From the NCBI GenBank assembly GCA_033977065.1, contig JAXCHI010000003.1, positions 576,001 to 640,000 of the forward strand: a stretch of DNA of 64,000 nucleotides, given 5' to 3'. The translations under genes and the position numbers were made by a program. Origin of the DNA: Candidatus Algichlamydia australiensis. GTDB lineage: Bacteria > Chlamydiota > Chlamydiia > Chlamydiales > JAJFMI01. Shown in pieces: positions 20,656-30,696 of the stretch (its first letter is position 1; each line of letters starts with the position of its first letter). Under the pieces are notes generated by a model, which was not told the DNA's origin, searched no databases, and saw only the letters and a program-made list of their open reading frames with translations.

Positions 20656-20658
20656 ACT

Positions 20659-20686
20659 ATAATGATATCAAATACGATATCATTAT
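20659..20686. promoter_or_regulatory. Palindromic operator upstream of hicAB
   Basis: ataatgatatc-N6-gatatcattat, a perfect 11 bp inverted repeat directly before the hicA start. Confidence 0.65.
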
Positions 20687-21387
20687 GCAAGTTGTTTTGT
20701 AAATGGTTTGCCATAAGCGATTTGCCCACCAGTAATTGCAAACGCGTTGGCAACATTGAGGGAATTTTTGCTACCTAGGAGCGGAATTTGAACAGCAATT
20801 GTGCATTTTTTTAGCATTTTTTCTGAGACGCCATACTCCTCATTACCAAGTACAAGGGTGAAACTTTCTGGAAAATCAAAGTCGAATACTGAGGGAGCGC
20901 CTTTAACGGTTTCAAGCGCAATGAGGGGGTGGGGCATCGTTTCAAGATCGCGCGAGCAGGGGACGATGTGACTCGTTCCCATCGCGGCATCTTGTACTTT
21001 TTTATTGTCGATGTAAGGAGTTTTTTCGGAAAAGTAGACGCTGCCGAGGCGGAACGCTTCGGTTGTGCGCAAGATGCTGCCGACGTTGTGAGCGGAGCGC
21101 AAGTCGTCTAGGTATATACCGATAGGGCCGAAAGGAGTGTTGGAGGGGCGATCACCTTTACGGATGAGGAGGTTGTGTTCGGCAAGGGAAATTTTAGCTT
21201 TTTCGGCATGCTCGTGATGGCGGTTGGCAAATTCTTCGTGTGTGTTTGCAGGTGGCAATTTTAGAAGTTTTTCGATGTTGCGATAGAAATTGGGCTGATT
21301 GTCAACAAGATTGCGTAGGTTTTCAAGGGCAAGCTTGTGCTGTTTTCTTTCTGGCAAAGCGAGAAACTTGCGCTCGGAGAAGTTCAT
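20683..21387 (-). CDS. TrmH/SpoU family RNA methyltransferase
   Basis: LDDLRSAHNVGSILRT, LVLGNEEYGVS, SLNVANA. Confidence 0.92.
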   Translation of the reverse strand: MNFSERKFLALPERKQHKLALENLRNLVDNQPNFYRNIEKLLKLPPANTHEEFANRHHEHAEKAKISLAEHNLLIRKGDRPSNTPFGPIGIYLDDLRSAHNVGSILRTTEAFRLGSVYFSEKTPYIDNKKVQDAAMGTSHIVPCSRDLETMPHPLIALETVKGAPSVFDFDFPESFTLVLGNEEYGVSEKMLKKCTIAVQIPLLGSKNSLNVANAFAITGGQIAYGKPFTKQLA

Positions 21388-22976
21388 GACTTGCTAGCAA
21401 GATATTCTTCAAGCGGTCCGGCAAAGACGTGAACACCATCACTTTCAAAAGCAACAATTTTTGTAGCCACTTCTTTGAGGAGGTCGCGGTCGTGCGCGGC
21501 AAAGACGGCTGTGCCTTGAAATTCATGCAGGCCCCAAGCAAGGGCTGAGACGGATTCAAGATCGAGGTGGTTGTTGGGTTCATCGAGGATGAGGGTGTTG
21601 TGATGAAAGAGCATCAGGCGTGCAAAGAGCAGTCGTGCGGTTTCTCCACCAGAGAGGTTGGCAATTTTTTTAAAGGCGTCATCGCCACCAAAGAGCATTT
21701 TGCCCAGTACGGAGCGAATCTCTTCATCAAAAACTCCCTGTTTTTGTGAGCGCAACCAGTCAAAAGCGGTGATGTCTTGCGTTTTGTCAATGGAGTCGTT
21801 GTGATTTTGGGGCATGTAGCCGATGTCTACATTGTGACCGAGCGCAAGTTTACCGCGATCTTTTTCAAGGTGACCTGCGAGCAGGCGGAGCAAGGTCGTT
21901 TTTCCCATTCCGTTATTTCCAATCACGCCAACTTTATCACCACGATGCACTTCAAGATCGAGTTTGTTGAGCACTTGGTTCTCATCAAAGGCTTTGGAGA
22001 GGCCTTCTGCTGAGATGACGATTTGACCAGAGGCCTTTTCGGGTGGGTAGAAGCGAATGTAGGGGCGGTCAATATTGGATTTTTTCAGCTCTTGCGGTTG
22101 GAGACGATTCAGTTCGCGCACGCGTGACTGCACTTGTGAGGCGCGTGTTCCTGCGCTAAATTTGCTAATAAACTCTTTTAGCTGCGCCGCCTTTTTTGAT
22201 TTGGCTTTATTTTGATCTTCTACACTTTTGCGCACAGAGGTTTTTGCAACGAGCATCTGGTCGTAGTTACCTGGGTAGGTGATGATGGTGTCGTAATCGA
22301 TATCTGCGATGTGAGTCGTGATGCTATTTAAAAAGTGACGGTCGTGAGAAATCACAATCAGAGTGCCGGAATAATTTTTTAAGAATCCTTCTAACCAGGT
22401 GATGGAGGTCAGGTCAAGATGGTTTGTTGGCTCATCAAGGAGGAGAGCTTCCGGATCACCAAAGATCGCTTGGCAGAGAAGCGCGCGGAACTGCAGGTCA
22501 GTAGGGATCTCGTGCATCTTTTTCTCATGGAGTTCTTTGCTAAGACCCATACCCATTAAGAGCTGCTCTGCAATGCTATCTGCGCTATAACCATCTTCTT
22601 CGGCAACAATCTCTTCAAGTTCACCAAGGCGCATGCCTACTTCGTCAGTCATCTCTTGTTCGTAGAGGCGGTCGCGCTCTTCAAATGTTTTCCAGAGACG
22701 CTCATTGCCCATAATAACGGCGTCAAGCACGCGATAATCTGCAAAATCTTCAATATTCTGCCGCAAGAAGCCGACTTTTTTGGGCATAACTACTTTGCCA
22801 CTTGTGGGCTCAAGCAGACCCATCATGATTTTCATCAAAGTCGATTTACCGGCGCCATTCGGGCCCGTGAGGCCGTAACGGTTACCGGGATTAAATGCGG
22901 CGCAGACATCGTCAAACAAAAGACGTGTGCCCATCTTCTTAGAAATTTGTTCAAGTACTACTGACATAATATCCAA
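21384..22976 (-). CDS. ABC-F family ATPase (YbiT-like)
   Basis: Two ABC cassettes (GPNGAGKS and GNNGMGKT; LDEPTNHLD and LDEPNNHLD), no TM segments. Confidence 0.93.
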   Translation of the reverse strand: MDIMSVVLEQISKKMGTRLLFDDVCAAFNPGNRYGLTGPNGAGKSTLMKIMMGLLEPTSGKVVMPKKVGFLRQNIEDFADYRVLDAVIMGNERLWKTFEERDRLYEQEMTDEVGMRLGELEEIVAEEDGYSADSIAEQLLMGMGLSKELHEKKMHEIPTDLQFRALLCQAIFGDPEALLLDEPTNHLDLTSITWLEGFLKNYSGTLIVISHDRHFLNSITTHIADIDYDTIITYPGNYDQMLVAKTSVRKSVEDQNKAKSKKAAQLKEFISKFSAGTRASQVQSRVRELNRLQPQELKKSNIDRPYIRFYPPEKASGQIVISAEGLSKAFDENQVLNKLDLEVHRGDKVGVIGNNGMGKTTLLRLLAGHLEKDRGKLALGHNVDIGYMPQNHNDSIDKTQDITAFDWLRSQKQGVFDEEIRSVLGKMLFGGDDAFKKIANLSGGETARLLFARLMLFHHNTLILDEPNNHLDLESVSALAWGLHEFQGTAVFAAHDRDLLKEVATKIVAFESDGVHVFAGPLEEYLASKS

Positions 22977-22986
22977 TTATCTTACC

Positions 22987-23150
22987 ATGAACCTATCCGG
23001 ATAAACAAGTTTTTGTCTTTTTCCCTCATTTTGGCCAATTTTTACGATCTTTTTTCAAGAAACTTTTCTAAGTTGCTTTCAAAAAGATCCCCAAAATTGT
23101 CTCAAAATGAGAGATAAATCCTAAAAACAGCTTTATCCGGATAGGTTCAT
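22987..23150. repeat. 164 bp fold-back palindromic element (MITE-like)
   Basis: Perfect 19 bp terminal inverted repeat atgaacctatccggataaa / tttatccggataggttcat; internal paired blocks ctcattttg/caaaatgag, caatttt/aaaattg, gatctttt/aaaagatc. Confidence 0.85.
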
Positions 23151-23170
23151 AGAGAGAAGGGGAGTTCAAG

Positions 23171-24091
23171 GTGGGAAATAAAAATTTAAATCAAGCAAGT
23201 AAAGAATATTTGCAAATGCTGCAGGCAGTAAAAGATGCCTCTTCGCATACTTTACGCAACTATGAGATCGATTTAGAAAAATTTATTGCAACTCTGCCCC
23301 CTCTAGTAAAATTGGAGAGTGTGACGCCTCGTCAGGTGCGCACTTTTTTAATGGAGATGACGATGGAGGGCTTGGCAAAGCGCACGATTCATCGCCGTCT
23401 CTCCTCCCTCCGCTCTTTTTTCAAATTTTGTCTCCAACAGGGTTGGCTGAACAAGAGCCCCATGGAAGAAATTGGCGCGCCGAAATTGGACAAACCACTT
23501 CCTAAATCTGTCTCCTACCAGGAAGTTGAGCGGCTTTTTGCGCAGCCAGAGACAAAAGAAATTTTGGGTTTTCGCGATCGCGTGATTTTAGAACTTTTTT
23601 ATAGTTCGGGCTTGCGTCTTTCAGAGCTTGTGGGACTGAACCGTGAAGATTGCGATTTCAATTCTCATCGTCTGCGCATACGTGGAAAAGGGAAAAAGGA
23701 GCGCATTGTGCCGATGACAAAAACAGCAGCTAAGTGGATTCGGAATTACTTAGATCACCCTCTGCGTCATGTTGATGAAAAAGAGCGTAAGGCGGAGCGC
23801 GATAATCAAGCAATTTTTTTAAATAAATGGGGAAATCGCCTTTCAGATCGCTCTGTCGAGCGCTTAGTGAAAAACTATCTTCGTCAGAGTGGTCTCGCAG
23901 AAAAGATCACACCGCACACCATTCGTCACTCGATTGCCACGCATTGGCTAGAAAATGGAATGGATCTCAAAACGATTCAAAGACTTCTTGGTCATAGCAA
24001 TCTTTCTACAACGACGATTTACACAAAAGTTTCTACAAAATTAAAGCGTGAAGTTTATGAGAAGGCTCACCCTCGAGCTAAGAAGAAGTGA
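23171..24091 (+). CDS. xerC: Tyrosine recombinase XerC
   Basis: SGLRLSEL, GKGKKER, HTIRHSIATH, LLGH, TTTIYT; divergent from the ABC-F gene. Confidence 0.93.
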   Translation: MGNKNLNQASKEYLQMLQAVKDASSHTLRNYEIDLEKFIATLPPLVKLESVTPRQVRTFLMEMTMEGLAKRTIHRRLSSLRSFFKFCLQQGWLNKSPMEEIGAPKLDKPLPKSVSYQEVERLFAQPETKEILGFRDRVILELFYSSGLRLSELVGLNREDCDFNSHRLRIRGKGKKERIVPMTKTAAKWIRNYLDHPLRHVDEKERKAERDNQAIFLNKWGNRLSDRSVERLVKNYLRQSGLAEKITPHTIRHSIATHWLENGMDLKTIQRLLGHSNLSTTTIYTKVSTKLKREVYEKAHPRAKKK

Positions 24092-24224
24092 AAGTGGGGG
24101 AATTCGTCTCCATCTCGCTGCGCCAAATTGAAAATCAGCCGCCAAGCCGTATAATTACACTGTCATGGCGGCTGATTTTCAATTTTGCTTTGCGATATGA
24201 AGCCGCTATGCCGCTTCGCGCTTC
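24085..24224. repeat. About 140 bp fold-back element between xerC and rnpB
   Basis: Perfect 20 bp inverted repeat aaattgaaaatcagccgcca (24125-24144) / tggcggctgattttcaattt (24166-24185), extending outward imperfectly. Confidence 0.75.
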
Positions 24225-24247
24225 AATAATATTTTTTGAAAAAAGTA

Positions 24248-24582
24248 GGGAGAGCGATAAGCCGGATTCTGTCGTGGGCAATCATTCATCTAGGGGTCAT
24301 ATCGCTATGACCCTCAAGCGATTTTTGCGGTGGGGCTCCCGGATCCAGGAGAGATTCCCTTTGCTCTTGCTTCAGATAGGGTTTGTCGCTCCCTAAGATT
24401 TCTCAAAGGTGAGGTTGGTACCTGATACCAACGTTTTCAGCCTGTTGCGAAAAGGGGTTTCGCACGGAATGTTTTCTGTGACACTTTCCGTAGCCTTTCG
24501 GCCCCCAGTCTTTCACTGGTATCTGATCCTGTGAAGTCCAGACTTTCCTCCTTGCAAACGCAAGGCGATTGCCTGCTCTCCC
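24248..24582 (-). ncRNA. rnpB: RNase P RNA (type A)
   Basis: Minus strand reads GGGAGAGC...GAGGAAAGTCTGGACT...ACAGAAAAC...AGAATCCGGCTTATCGCTCTCCC: P1 ends pair and both P4 motifs are present. Confidence 0.95.
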
Positions 24583-24652
24583 AAAAAATTTAAACTCAAG
24601 CTGCTGCTCCCATCTCTTTCTCCATAGGAGAAATTGGGTAGCAATTTGAATT

Positions 24653-25429
24653 TTATGATGGAGTCGTTGTGCGACGACGGCGACGACGTGTTGGCTTCGC
24701 CTCGTCTTCAAACGCTTCGCTCTCCTGCCAGTAGTGGATACGTGAACAGTGCTCGCAGAAGACCAAATTTTCTCCCTTACGAACGAGGTTTTCGTGCTGC
24801 GGAGTGAGCGTAATATGGCAGCCGCTGCAGGTGCGATTTTCAAGGGGTACAACAACACGATCTTTCTTGTTGCGAAGAAGGCGTTCGTATACATGGAGTA
24901 TGCTCTCATCTGCATCAACTGCAAGCTTATCGCGCTGCGCTTTTAGCTCAGATCCCTCAGAATTTACTTGAGAGATACTATTTTGAATTTCAACTTCTAG
25001 CTCTTGGCTCGAGGTGGCAGTAGAACTAGCACTCTCCTCGATTTTTGCCAAGATCTCTTCTTCAATAACTTTTTTGTCGACAAGTTCAGAGAGCTCGTTT
25101 TCCCCCTGGACCTTTTGACGCTCTACTTGAGTCATTTCTTGTGTCAAGGCGTTAAACTCCTCTACCTTTTTAACAGCAGACTGCTTCGCCTCAAGCTCTT
25201 TCATGTGAGTTGAGAGCTCCTCAATCTTCTCCTCTTTTTGGGAGATTAGGGAAGAGAGCTCTTCGACTTCTTCTTTTTTAGCAGACATCTGCTCATCAAG
25301 TTCTGTACGCAAAGATTTGATTTGATCGAGCTCTTTTTGTCTCTGGCGCTTGACGCGCATGAGCTGGATCATTTTGATATCAAGTTCTTGGATATCTAAT
25401 ATTTTTTTTAATGCTTCGAGGATTTTCAA
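24653..25429 (-). CDS. cdsZ: Coiled-coil protein with C4 zinc ribbon (CT398/CdsZ family)
   Basis: IQELDIKMIQLMRVK, CSGCHI...CEHCSRI, Arg-rich tail. Confidence 0.9.
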   Translation of the reverse strand: MKILEALKKILDIQELDIKMIQLMRVKRQRQKELDQIKSLRTELDEQMSAKKEEVEELSSLISQKEEKIEELSTHMKELEAKQSAVKKVEEFNALTQEMTQVERQKVQGENELSELVDKKVIEEEILAKIEESASSTATSSQELEVEIQNSISQVNSEGSELKAQRDKLAVDADESILHVYERLLRNKKDRVVVPLENRTCSGCHITLTPQHENLVRKGENLVFCEHCSRIHYWQESEAFEDEAKPTRRRRRRTTTPS

Positions 25430-25540
25430 GTTAGACTCCCAGTTAAAGAGTAGTTTAACTGTGAATTTGATTAAATTTCAAGAAGAAAAACTAGACCATT
25501 TTCATCTGGAGTAAGCAGTTGATTTTCAATACAAATATTT

Positions 25541-26669
25541 TTAATTATGGGGGGCAATAGGGGGATCATTGGGAAATAGTACTTTTACACTTTTGAGAAG
25601 ATTTTCCTCTGAGATAGGGGAAAATGAAGCAACTTCTGTAATAGTGCGCTCTCTGGTTGAACGGAGGGTGCTAGAAAATAGCTTTTTGCGACTTTCAATT
25701 TCAGTGAAGAAAAATTCAATTTTTTCTGGATTGTGTCCTTTTGCGTGTGCAAAAATCAGAGATAGCAGAGCATTTTGCGCCGAAAGTCGCAGGTCTCTAC
25801 ATGCATCTGCCAAGTATAAAAGCTCATCGCTTGAAAGTTCGATAATGAGTTTGTAGATTTCTGTAGGTACGCTTTCGTGATAGTTTAAAAAATTAACCAA
25901 GATTAGACGGAGGTGATTTTTTTCTCTCAACCTAAGAACTAGTACTCTGTAACAGAAAATTTTAGTATTATTTTTACGTCAAAGCCTCGGGATTGAACTA
26001 TCGAAAATCACCTCGTATTTGATTAATACTAGGTGACTTGCGATAGCCCAATCGCGAGGCTTTGACGTAAAAATGGATCCCAAACGTGAAAAGTAAAGCG
26101 ATTGTATGTGATTGAAAAAGCTGTCTAGACCTTGCAAAGTTTTCTGCAAAACAAAAAAAAACAGCCGCGCAAGCGACGTGAAAGGGGCCCCTCCCGAAAC
26201 AAAGTGGAGGGTGGGGAATGAACGCGCGATGCGCTCGATGGCTTCAGATTGGCTTTGAAAAATTGCGGTGCAGGAGGAAGAAGTAGTGCTTTGCACGGTT
26301 TTCCGACGAAACGCAATTTGGCATGCCAAGGTGAAGCTCAAAGGGCAGCGGGGATTTGCCCGACTGTCTCTATTGGCTGTTTTTTTAAATTAAACACTAA
26401 GATTTTCTGTTACAAAGTACTAGGGGTTTGCATTCAAGTTTATGGGTTAGACATCCCAAAAGCAGACTGCAGTATCCGTTTGGATTAAGCCAATTGAACT
26501 CTCTGTCAAATTTTTCCTCACCTTTAAGGAATTCCTTAAATTTGTTTAGCTCTTCTGGGGCAAAAGGTTTGTTACCGTCGAGTTTGTCTATTAGCTGATT
26601 AAGGGTAATAGGCGGGTAAGGTAACTGAGATGTCGTTTCATGCGGTATATCAAGAAAATTTCCAATCAT
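25541..26669 (-). pseudogene. Hypothetical gene split by a 477 bp element
   Basis: ORFs 26397-26699 and 25541-25930 join in frame (...ECKP-LVLRL-REKNH...) when the element and one CTAG are removed; about 215 aa from ATG 26669. Confidence 0.8.
25943..26419. mobile_element. 477 bp non-autonomous element (MITE) with a CTAG target-site duplication
   Basis: Termini tactctgtaacagaaaattttagt / actaagattttctgttacaaagta (22 of 24 paired); CTAG at 25939-25942 and 26420-26423; internal hairpin 25970-26074; no transposase ORF. Confidence 0.88.
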
Positions 26670-26754
26670 AAATTTACGAAGTTTTAAGAAATTGTACACC
26701 AGTTGAGGATTTTAAGGATAGATTTGCTATTATCTGGAAAAAAGGATTGGCTTC

Positions 26755-28242
26755 ATGGATTTTTTAAAAAACTATTTTTCTTCGACTCCTGAAGATAAAA
26801 GAAAGAGCAGTGCAATTAGTATTTTGGCGGGTTTGGATCACCTCCATTCGCAGAGTCCCAAGATTGCAGCAGCAATTGTGAGTGAGCTTCAGGCGCAGCG
26901 TTCTAATTTGAAGATGATTGCGTCAGAGAATTACTGTTCACTTGCTGTACAGCTGGCTATGGGAAATTGGCTCACTGATAAATACAGTGAGGGGGCAGTT
27001 CGCAAGCGCTTTTATGCAGGATGTGAAAATGTCGATACGATTGAAGAGATGGCGGTCCATGAATTAAAAGAAATTTATGGTTGTGATCACGCCTATGTGC
27101 AGCCGCACTCTGGAGCAGATGCTAACTTGGTCGCTCTCTGGTCCATTCTGGTGGGGCGTGTCCAAAGCAAGGAGCTTGAGAAGTTGGGTGCAAAATCACC
27201 CGACGCGCTTTCTGTAGAGGATTATGAGAAGGTGCGTCAAGTTTTGGTGTCGCAAAAGATGCTTGGTATGGGGTTGAATAGTGGGGGGCATTTAACACAC
27301 GGGTATCGCCACAATATTTCTTCGAAAATGATCCAAAGTTTTTCCTATGAAGTGAATCCTGAGACGGGACTGCTTGATTATGCAGAAATTGAGAGAAGGG
27401 CAAAAGAGGTCCAGCCGCTTGTGTTGATCGCGGGATATTCAGCTTACTCCAGGTTGATCAACTTTGCGAAAATGCGCGAGATTGCCGATAGCGTTGGGGC
27501 GGTTTTGTGGGTTGATATGGCGCACTTTTCTGGTCTTGTTGCCGGTAAAGTGATGCAGGGTGAGTATAATCCGATTCCTTATGCACAGATGGTTACTTCA
27601 ACAACGCATAAGACGCTGCGCGGTCCGCGAGGTGGGATGGTTTTGTGCCAGTCTGAATTCAAAGAGATGGTCGATAAAGGGTGTCCACTTGCTCTTGGTG
27701 GGCCGCTTCCTCATGTAATGGCAGCAAAGGCGATTGCATTCCAAGAGGCGAATACTAAAGAGTTTCAAAACTACTCTCAGCAGATTGTCAAAAATTCCCA
27801 AGCTTTGGCCGAGGCCATGAAGGAGAGGGGGGCAAAAGTTTTGACAGGCGGTACAGATAACCACATGGCAATTGTTGATGTGCAAACAAGTTATGGAATT
27901 TCAGGGCGCCAGGCAGAACTTGCTCTAAAGGAGGCGAACTTAACGATTAATCGCAATACAGTCCCTGGTGATGTAAATGGGCCTTGGTACACATCGGGTA
28001 TTCGTTTTGGTACGCCTGCGTTGACAACTCTTGGCTTAAAAGAGGCTGAGATGGAGCGCATTGGTGGATTGCTAGATCAGCTTTTGCGCGCTTGTGAGCC
28101 GGTTGAGGGAAGTAAAGCAAAATATAGTGTTGATTCTAAGGTCATGGAGCATGTACGAGGTGAAGTGAAAGAAATTTTAAAATCTTTTCCTCTCTATCCT
28201 GAACTCGTCATTGACGAAGTGGCAGCGCCCCATGTATTCTGA
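26755..28242 (+). CDS. glyA: Serine hydroxymethyltransferase
   Basis: [47 protein letters not shown]. Confidence 0.98.
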   Translation: MDFLKNYFSSTPEDKRKSSAISILAGLDHLHSQSPKIAAAIVSELQAQRSNLKMIASENYCSLAVQLAMGNWLTDKYSEGAVRKRFYAGCENVDTIEEMAVHELKEIYGCDHAYVQPHSGADANLVALWSILVGRVQSKELEKLGAKSPDALSVEDYEKVRQVLVSQKMLGMGLNSGGHLTHGYRHNISSKMIQSFSYEVNPETGLLDYAEIERRAKEVQPLVLIAGYSAYSRLINFAKMREIADSVGAVLWVDMAHFSGLVAGKVMQGEYNPIPYAQMVTSTTHKTLRGPRGGMVLCQSEFKEMVDKGCPLALGGPLPHVMAAKAIAFQEANTKEFQNYSQQIVKNSQALAEAMKERGAKVLTGGTDNHMAIVDVQTSYGISGRQAELALKEANLTINRNTVPGDVNGPWYTSGIRFGTPALTTLGLKEAEMERIGGLLDQLLRACEPVEGSKAKYSVDSKVMEHVRGEVKEILKSFPLYPELVIDEVAAPHVF

Positions 28243-28261
28243 GGAAAAGGAGATATTCGAT

Positions 28262-28864
28262 ATGAGCGATGAAGATGAGAAGAAAGAGAAGAGAGCGAGT
28301 GGCACAATTCAAGATAAAATTGACGAAATGCTTTTGCAGCATCGCCGCATCTTTTTCTCCTCTCCAGTGATGGATGATAGTGCAAAAGAGGTGATTCGCA
28401 AGCTCTGGTATCTGGAGTTGAAAGATCCAGGTAAGCCAATTCTTTTTATCATCAATTCACCCGGCGGCTCGGTCGATTCTGGTTTTGCGATCTGGGATCA
28501 AATCAAGATGATGACTTCCCCAGTGACAACTCTTGTTACAGGTCTTGCCGCGTCGATGGGCTCTGTATTGAGCTTGGTTGCGGGCAAAGGACGTCGTTTT
28601 GCTACACCTTATGCAAGAATCATGATTCACCAACCGGCGATTCATGGCGTGATCCAAGGTCAAGCGACAGATTTGGAAATTCAGGCAAAAGAGATTATTA
28701 AAACACGCAAAACTTTAGTTGATCTTTATACTTCTCAGACAGGTCAAGATGAGAAGGCTGTTGAAAAGGCTTTAGATCGTGATACTTGGTATAGTGCTAA
28801 AGAGGCTCTAGAGTTTGGTTTGCTTGATGGTATTGTGGAGTCCTATACTGATCTGAAGATGTAA
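28262..28864 (+). CDS. clpP: Clp protease proteolytic subunit (ClpP1 type)
   Basis: [22 protein letters not shown] 28262 follows RBS AAGGAG; sits between glyA and dapF. Confidence 0.96.
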   Translation: MSDEDEKKEKRASGTIQDKIDEMLLQHRRIFFSSPVMDDSAKEVIRKLWYLELKDPGKPILFIINSPGGSVDSGFAIWDQIKMMTSPVTTLVTGLAASMGSVLSLVAGKGRRFATPYARIMIHQPAIHGVIQGQATDLEIQAKEIIKTRKTLVDLYTSQTGQDEKAVEKALDRDTWYSAKEALEFGLLDGIVESYTDLKM

Positions 28865-29650
28865 ATGAAGTTTATAAAAATTGAGGGGGCGGGCAATGAC
28901 TTCATCGTAATGGAGGGGCCTGTCCTAGTTAAATCGGAGATTGTGCGGCTGTGCGATCGTCGAAAAGGGATTGGGGCTGACGGCCTCATTTTTGTTTCTG
29001 AATCGGCTTGCGCCGATATAAAATTTATTTATTACAACGCGGATGGTTCCCGGGCCGACTTTTGCGGAAATGGATTGCGCGCAACTGCACGTTATATGGG
29101 GTATAATTGCACGATTGAGTCCGATTGTGGGCTCCATTTTGCAAAATTTTTTGGGAAAGAGATTGCAGTTAACGTCCCTTCACCAAAATTTATAAAAAAG
29201 AATTTTTTTTATACCGACGAAGGAGCTTTACACTATGTACATGTCGGTGTTCCTCATGCAATTTTGCATATAAAGAATTTTGAACAGTTTAACTATTTAG
29301 CAAAAAAATTGCGTCACGATCCTCGTTTTGGGGAGGCTGGGGCAAATATTCACTTTTCAAAAGAGTTAGAAGATGGCAAAATAGAGGTGCGAACCTTTGA
29401 GCGCGGTGTAGAAGGGGAAACTTTTGCATGTGGAAGTGGTGGTGCAGCAGTTTTTTTAACTTTTAATGCAAAAGAGGCGACCATTTGCTTTAGAAGTGGC
29501 GATGAGGTGCGCTACTTTTATGAGGGCAAGTATCTCATGATGCAGGGGCCTGCGCGTAAAATTTTTACTGGAGAAATCGATGCTAATTGGCATACCGAAA
29601 GAGATCAAGATTCACGAATACCGAGTGGGGGCTACTCCGAGCAAAGTTAA
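28865..29650 (+). CDS. dapF: Diaminopimelate epimerase
   Basis: GAGNDF, GIGADG, FCGNG, GVPH, ERGVEGETFACGSG. Confidence 0.95.
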   Translation: MKFIKIEGAGNDFIVMEGPVLVKSEIVRLCDRRKGIGADGLIFVSESACADIKFIYYNADGSRADFCGNGLRATARYMGYNCTIESDCGLHFAKFFGKEIAVNVPSPKFIKKNFFYTDEGALHYVHVGVPHAILHIKNFEQFNYLAKKLRHDPRFGEAGANIHFSKELEDGKIEVRTFERGVEGETFACGSGGAAVFLTFNAKEATICFRSGDEVRYFYEGKYLMMQGPARKIFTGEIDANWHTERDQDSRIPSGGYSEQS

Positions 29651-30692
29651 ACTTTTAATTGATGCAGGGCATCAAGTCATTATTGAAACTGGTGCTGCCG
29701 AAAAGATCGGTTTCCCTGATAGCGCCTATGAAGCTGCAGGTGCAAAAATTGTTCCGAGCGCTAAAGAAGTCTATGAGGCGGAACTTGTGATCAAGGTAAA
29801 AGAGCCACAAGAGCCAGAGTATGGACTTTTGAAAAAAGGGCAGACGCTATTTTGTTACCTCCATCTCGCACCCGATGCAAAGCAGACGGAAGCTCTTGTC
29901 AAAAGTGGTGTAACGGCAATCGCCTATGAGACTGTTTTTGATCAAATGGGGCGACTGCCTCTGTTGACGCCAATGAGTGAGTTGGCTGGGCGTATTGCAA
30001 TTCAAGCTGGAGCAACAGCTCTACAAATGGCCTATGGAGGCAAAGGTGTTTTACTCGGCGGTGTTCCCGGAGTATTACCGGGAAAAGTAGTTGTAATTGG
30101 TGGCGGTGTTGTAGGGACCCACGCGGCACGCATGGCAATGGGCCTTGGAGCCGATGTTACGGTACTTGATCGCGATCTCAATCGTTTGCGCGACATTGAT
30201 GTCGACTTTAATTTCCGCATGAAAACGCTCTTTTCAAGTCCACAAAATGTAGAAAGAGTTTTACAGGATGCAGATCTTGTTGTGGGGGCCGTACTGATTC
30301 CTGGAAAATCGGCGCCACGTCTTGTGACAAAAGAGATGTTGCAGTTGATGGAGAAGGGCTCTGTACTTGTTGACGTGGCAATCGATCAGGGGGGGTGCTT
30401 TGAGACATCACGACCTACGACACATAGTGATCCACGTTACGAGGTAGATGGCGTTGTTCACTACTGTGTAACCAATATGCCGGGAGCGTGTGCCAAGACG
30501 GCAACAGAAGCCTTAACAAGTGCAACGATCCCTTATACGCAGAAGTTAGTTGAGATGGGCGTAAGCCAAGCGCTCCTCTCCGATAAAGGATTTTTACAAG
30601 GACTCAATGTCTGTAATGGTCGGGTGACAAATGAACATGTCGCTGCAGATCTAGGTTACGACTATGTGTCCCCAGAGGAGATATTAAAATAG
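29580..30692 (+). CDS. ald: Alanine dehydrogenase
   Basis: [44 protein letters not shown]. Confidence 0.97.
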   Translation: MLIGIPKEIKIHEYRVGATPSKVKLLIDAGHQVIIETGAAEKIGFPDSAYEAAGAKIVPSAKEVYEAELVIKVKEPQEPEYGLLKKGQTLFCYLHLAPDAKQTEALVKSGVTAIAYETVFDQMGRLPLLTPMSELAGRIAIQAGATALQMAYGGKGVLLGGVPGVLPGKVVVIGGGVVGTHAARMAMGLGADVTVLDRDLNRLRDIDVDFNFRMKTLFSSPQNVERVLQDADLVVGAVLIPGKSAPRLVTKEMLQLMEKGSVLVDVAIDQGGCFETSRPTTHSDPRYEVDGVVHYCVTNMPGACAKTATEALTSATIPYTQKLVEMGVSQALLSDKGFLQGLNVCNGRVTNEHVAADLGYDYVSPEEILK

Positions 30693-30696
30693 TACT

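Noticed and set aside
23171..24091. Tyrosine recombinase as a prophage or island integrase
   Set aside because: It has XerC features and housekeeping neighbours; no att repeats or phage genes are visible.
24088..24924. ORFs 24088-24396 and 24403-24924
   Set aside because: They overlap the RNase P RNA, a hairpin element and cdsZ.
25979..26488. Short ORFs inside the 477 bp element as a transposase
   Set aside because: No DDE or HTH motif is recognisable.
29580..29650. 71 nt dapF/ald overlap as a frameshift or recoding site
   Set aside because: Both proteins have complete motif sets; a short C-terminal extension of DapF explains it.
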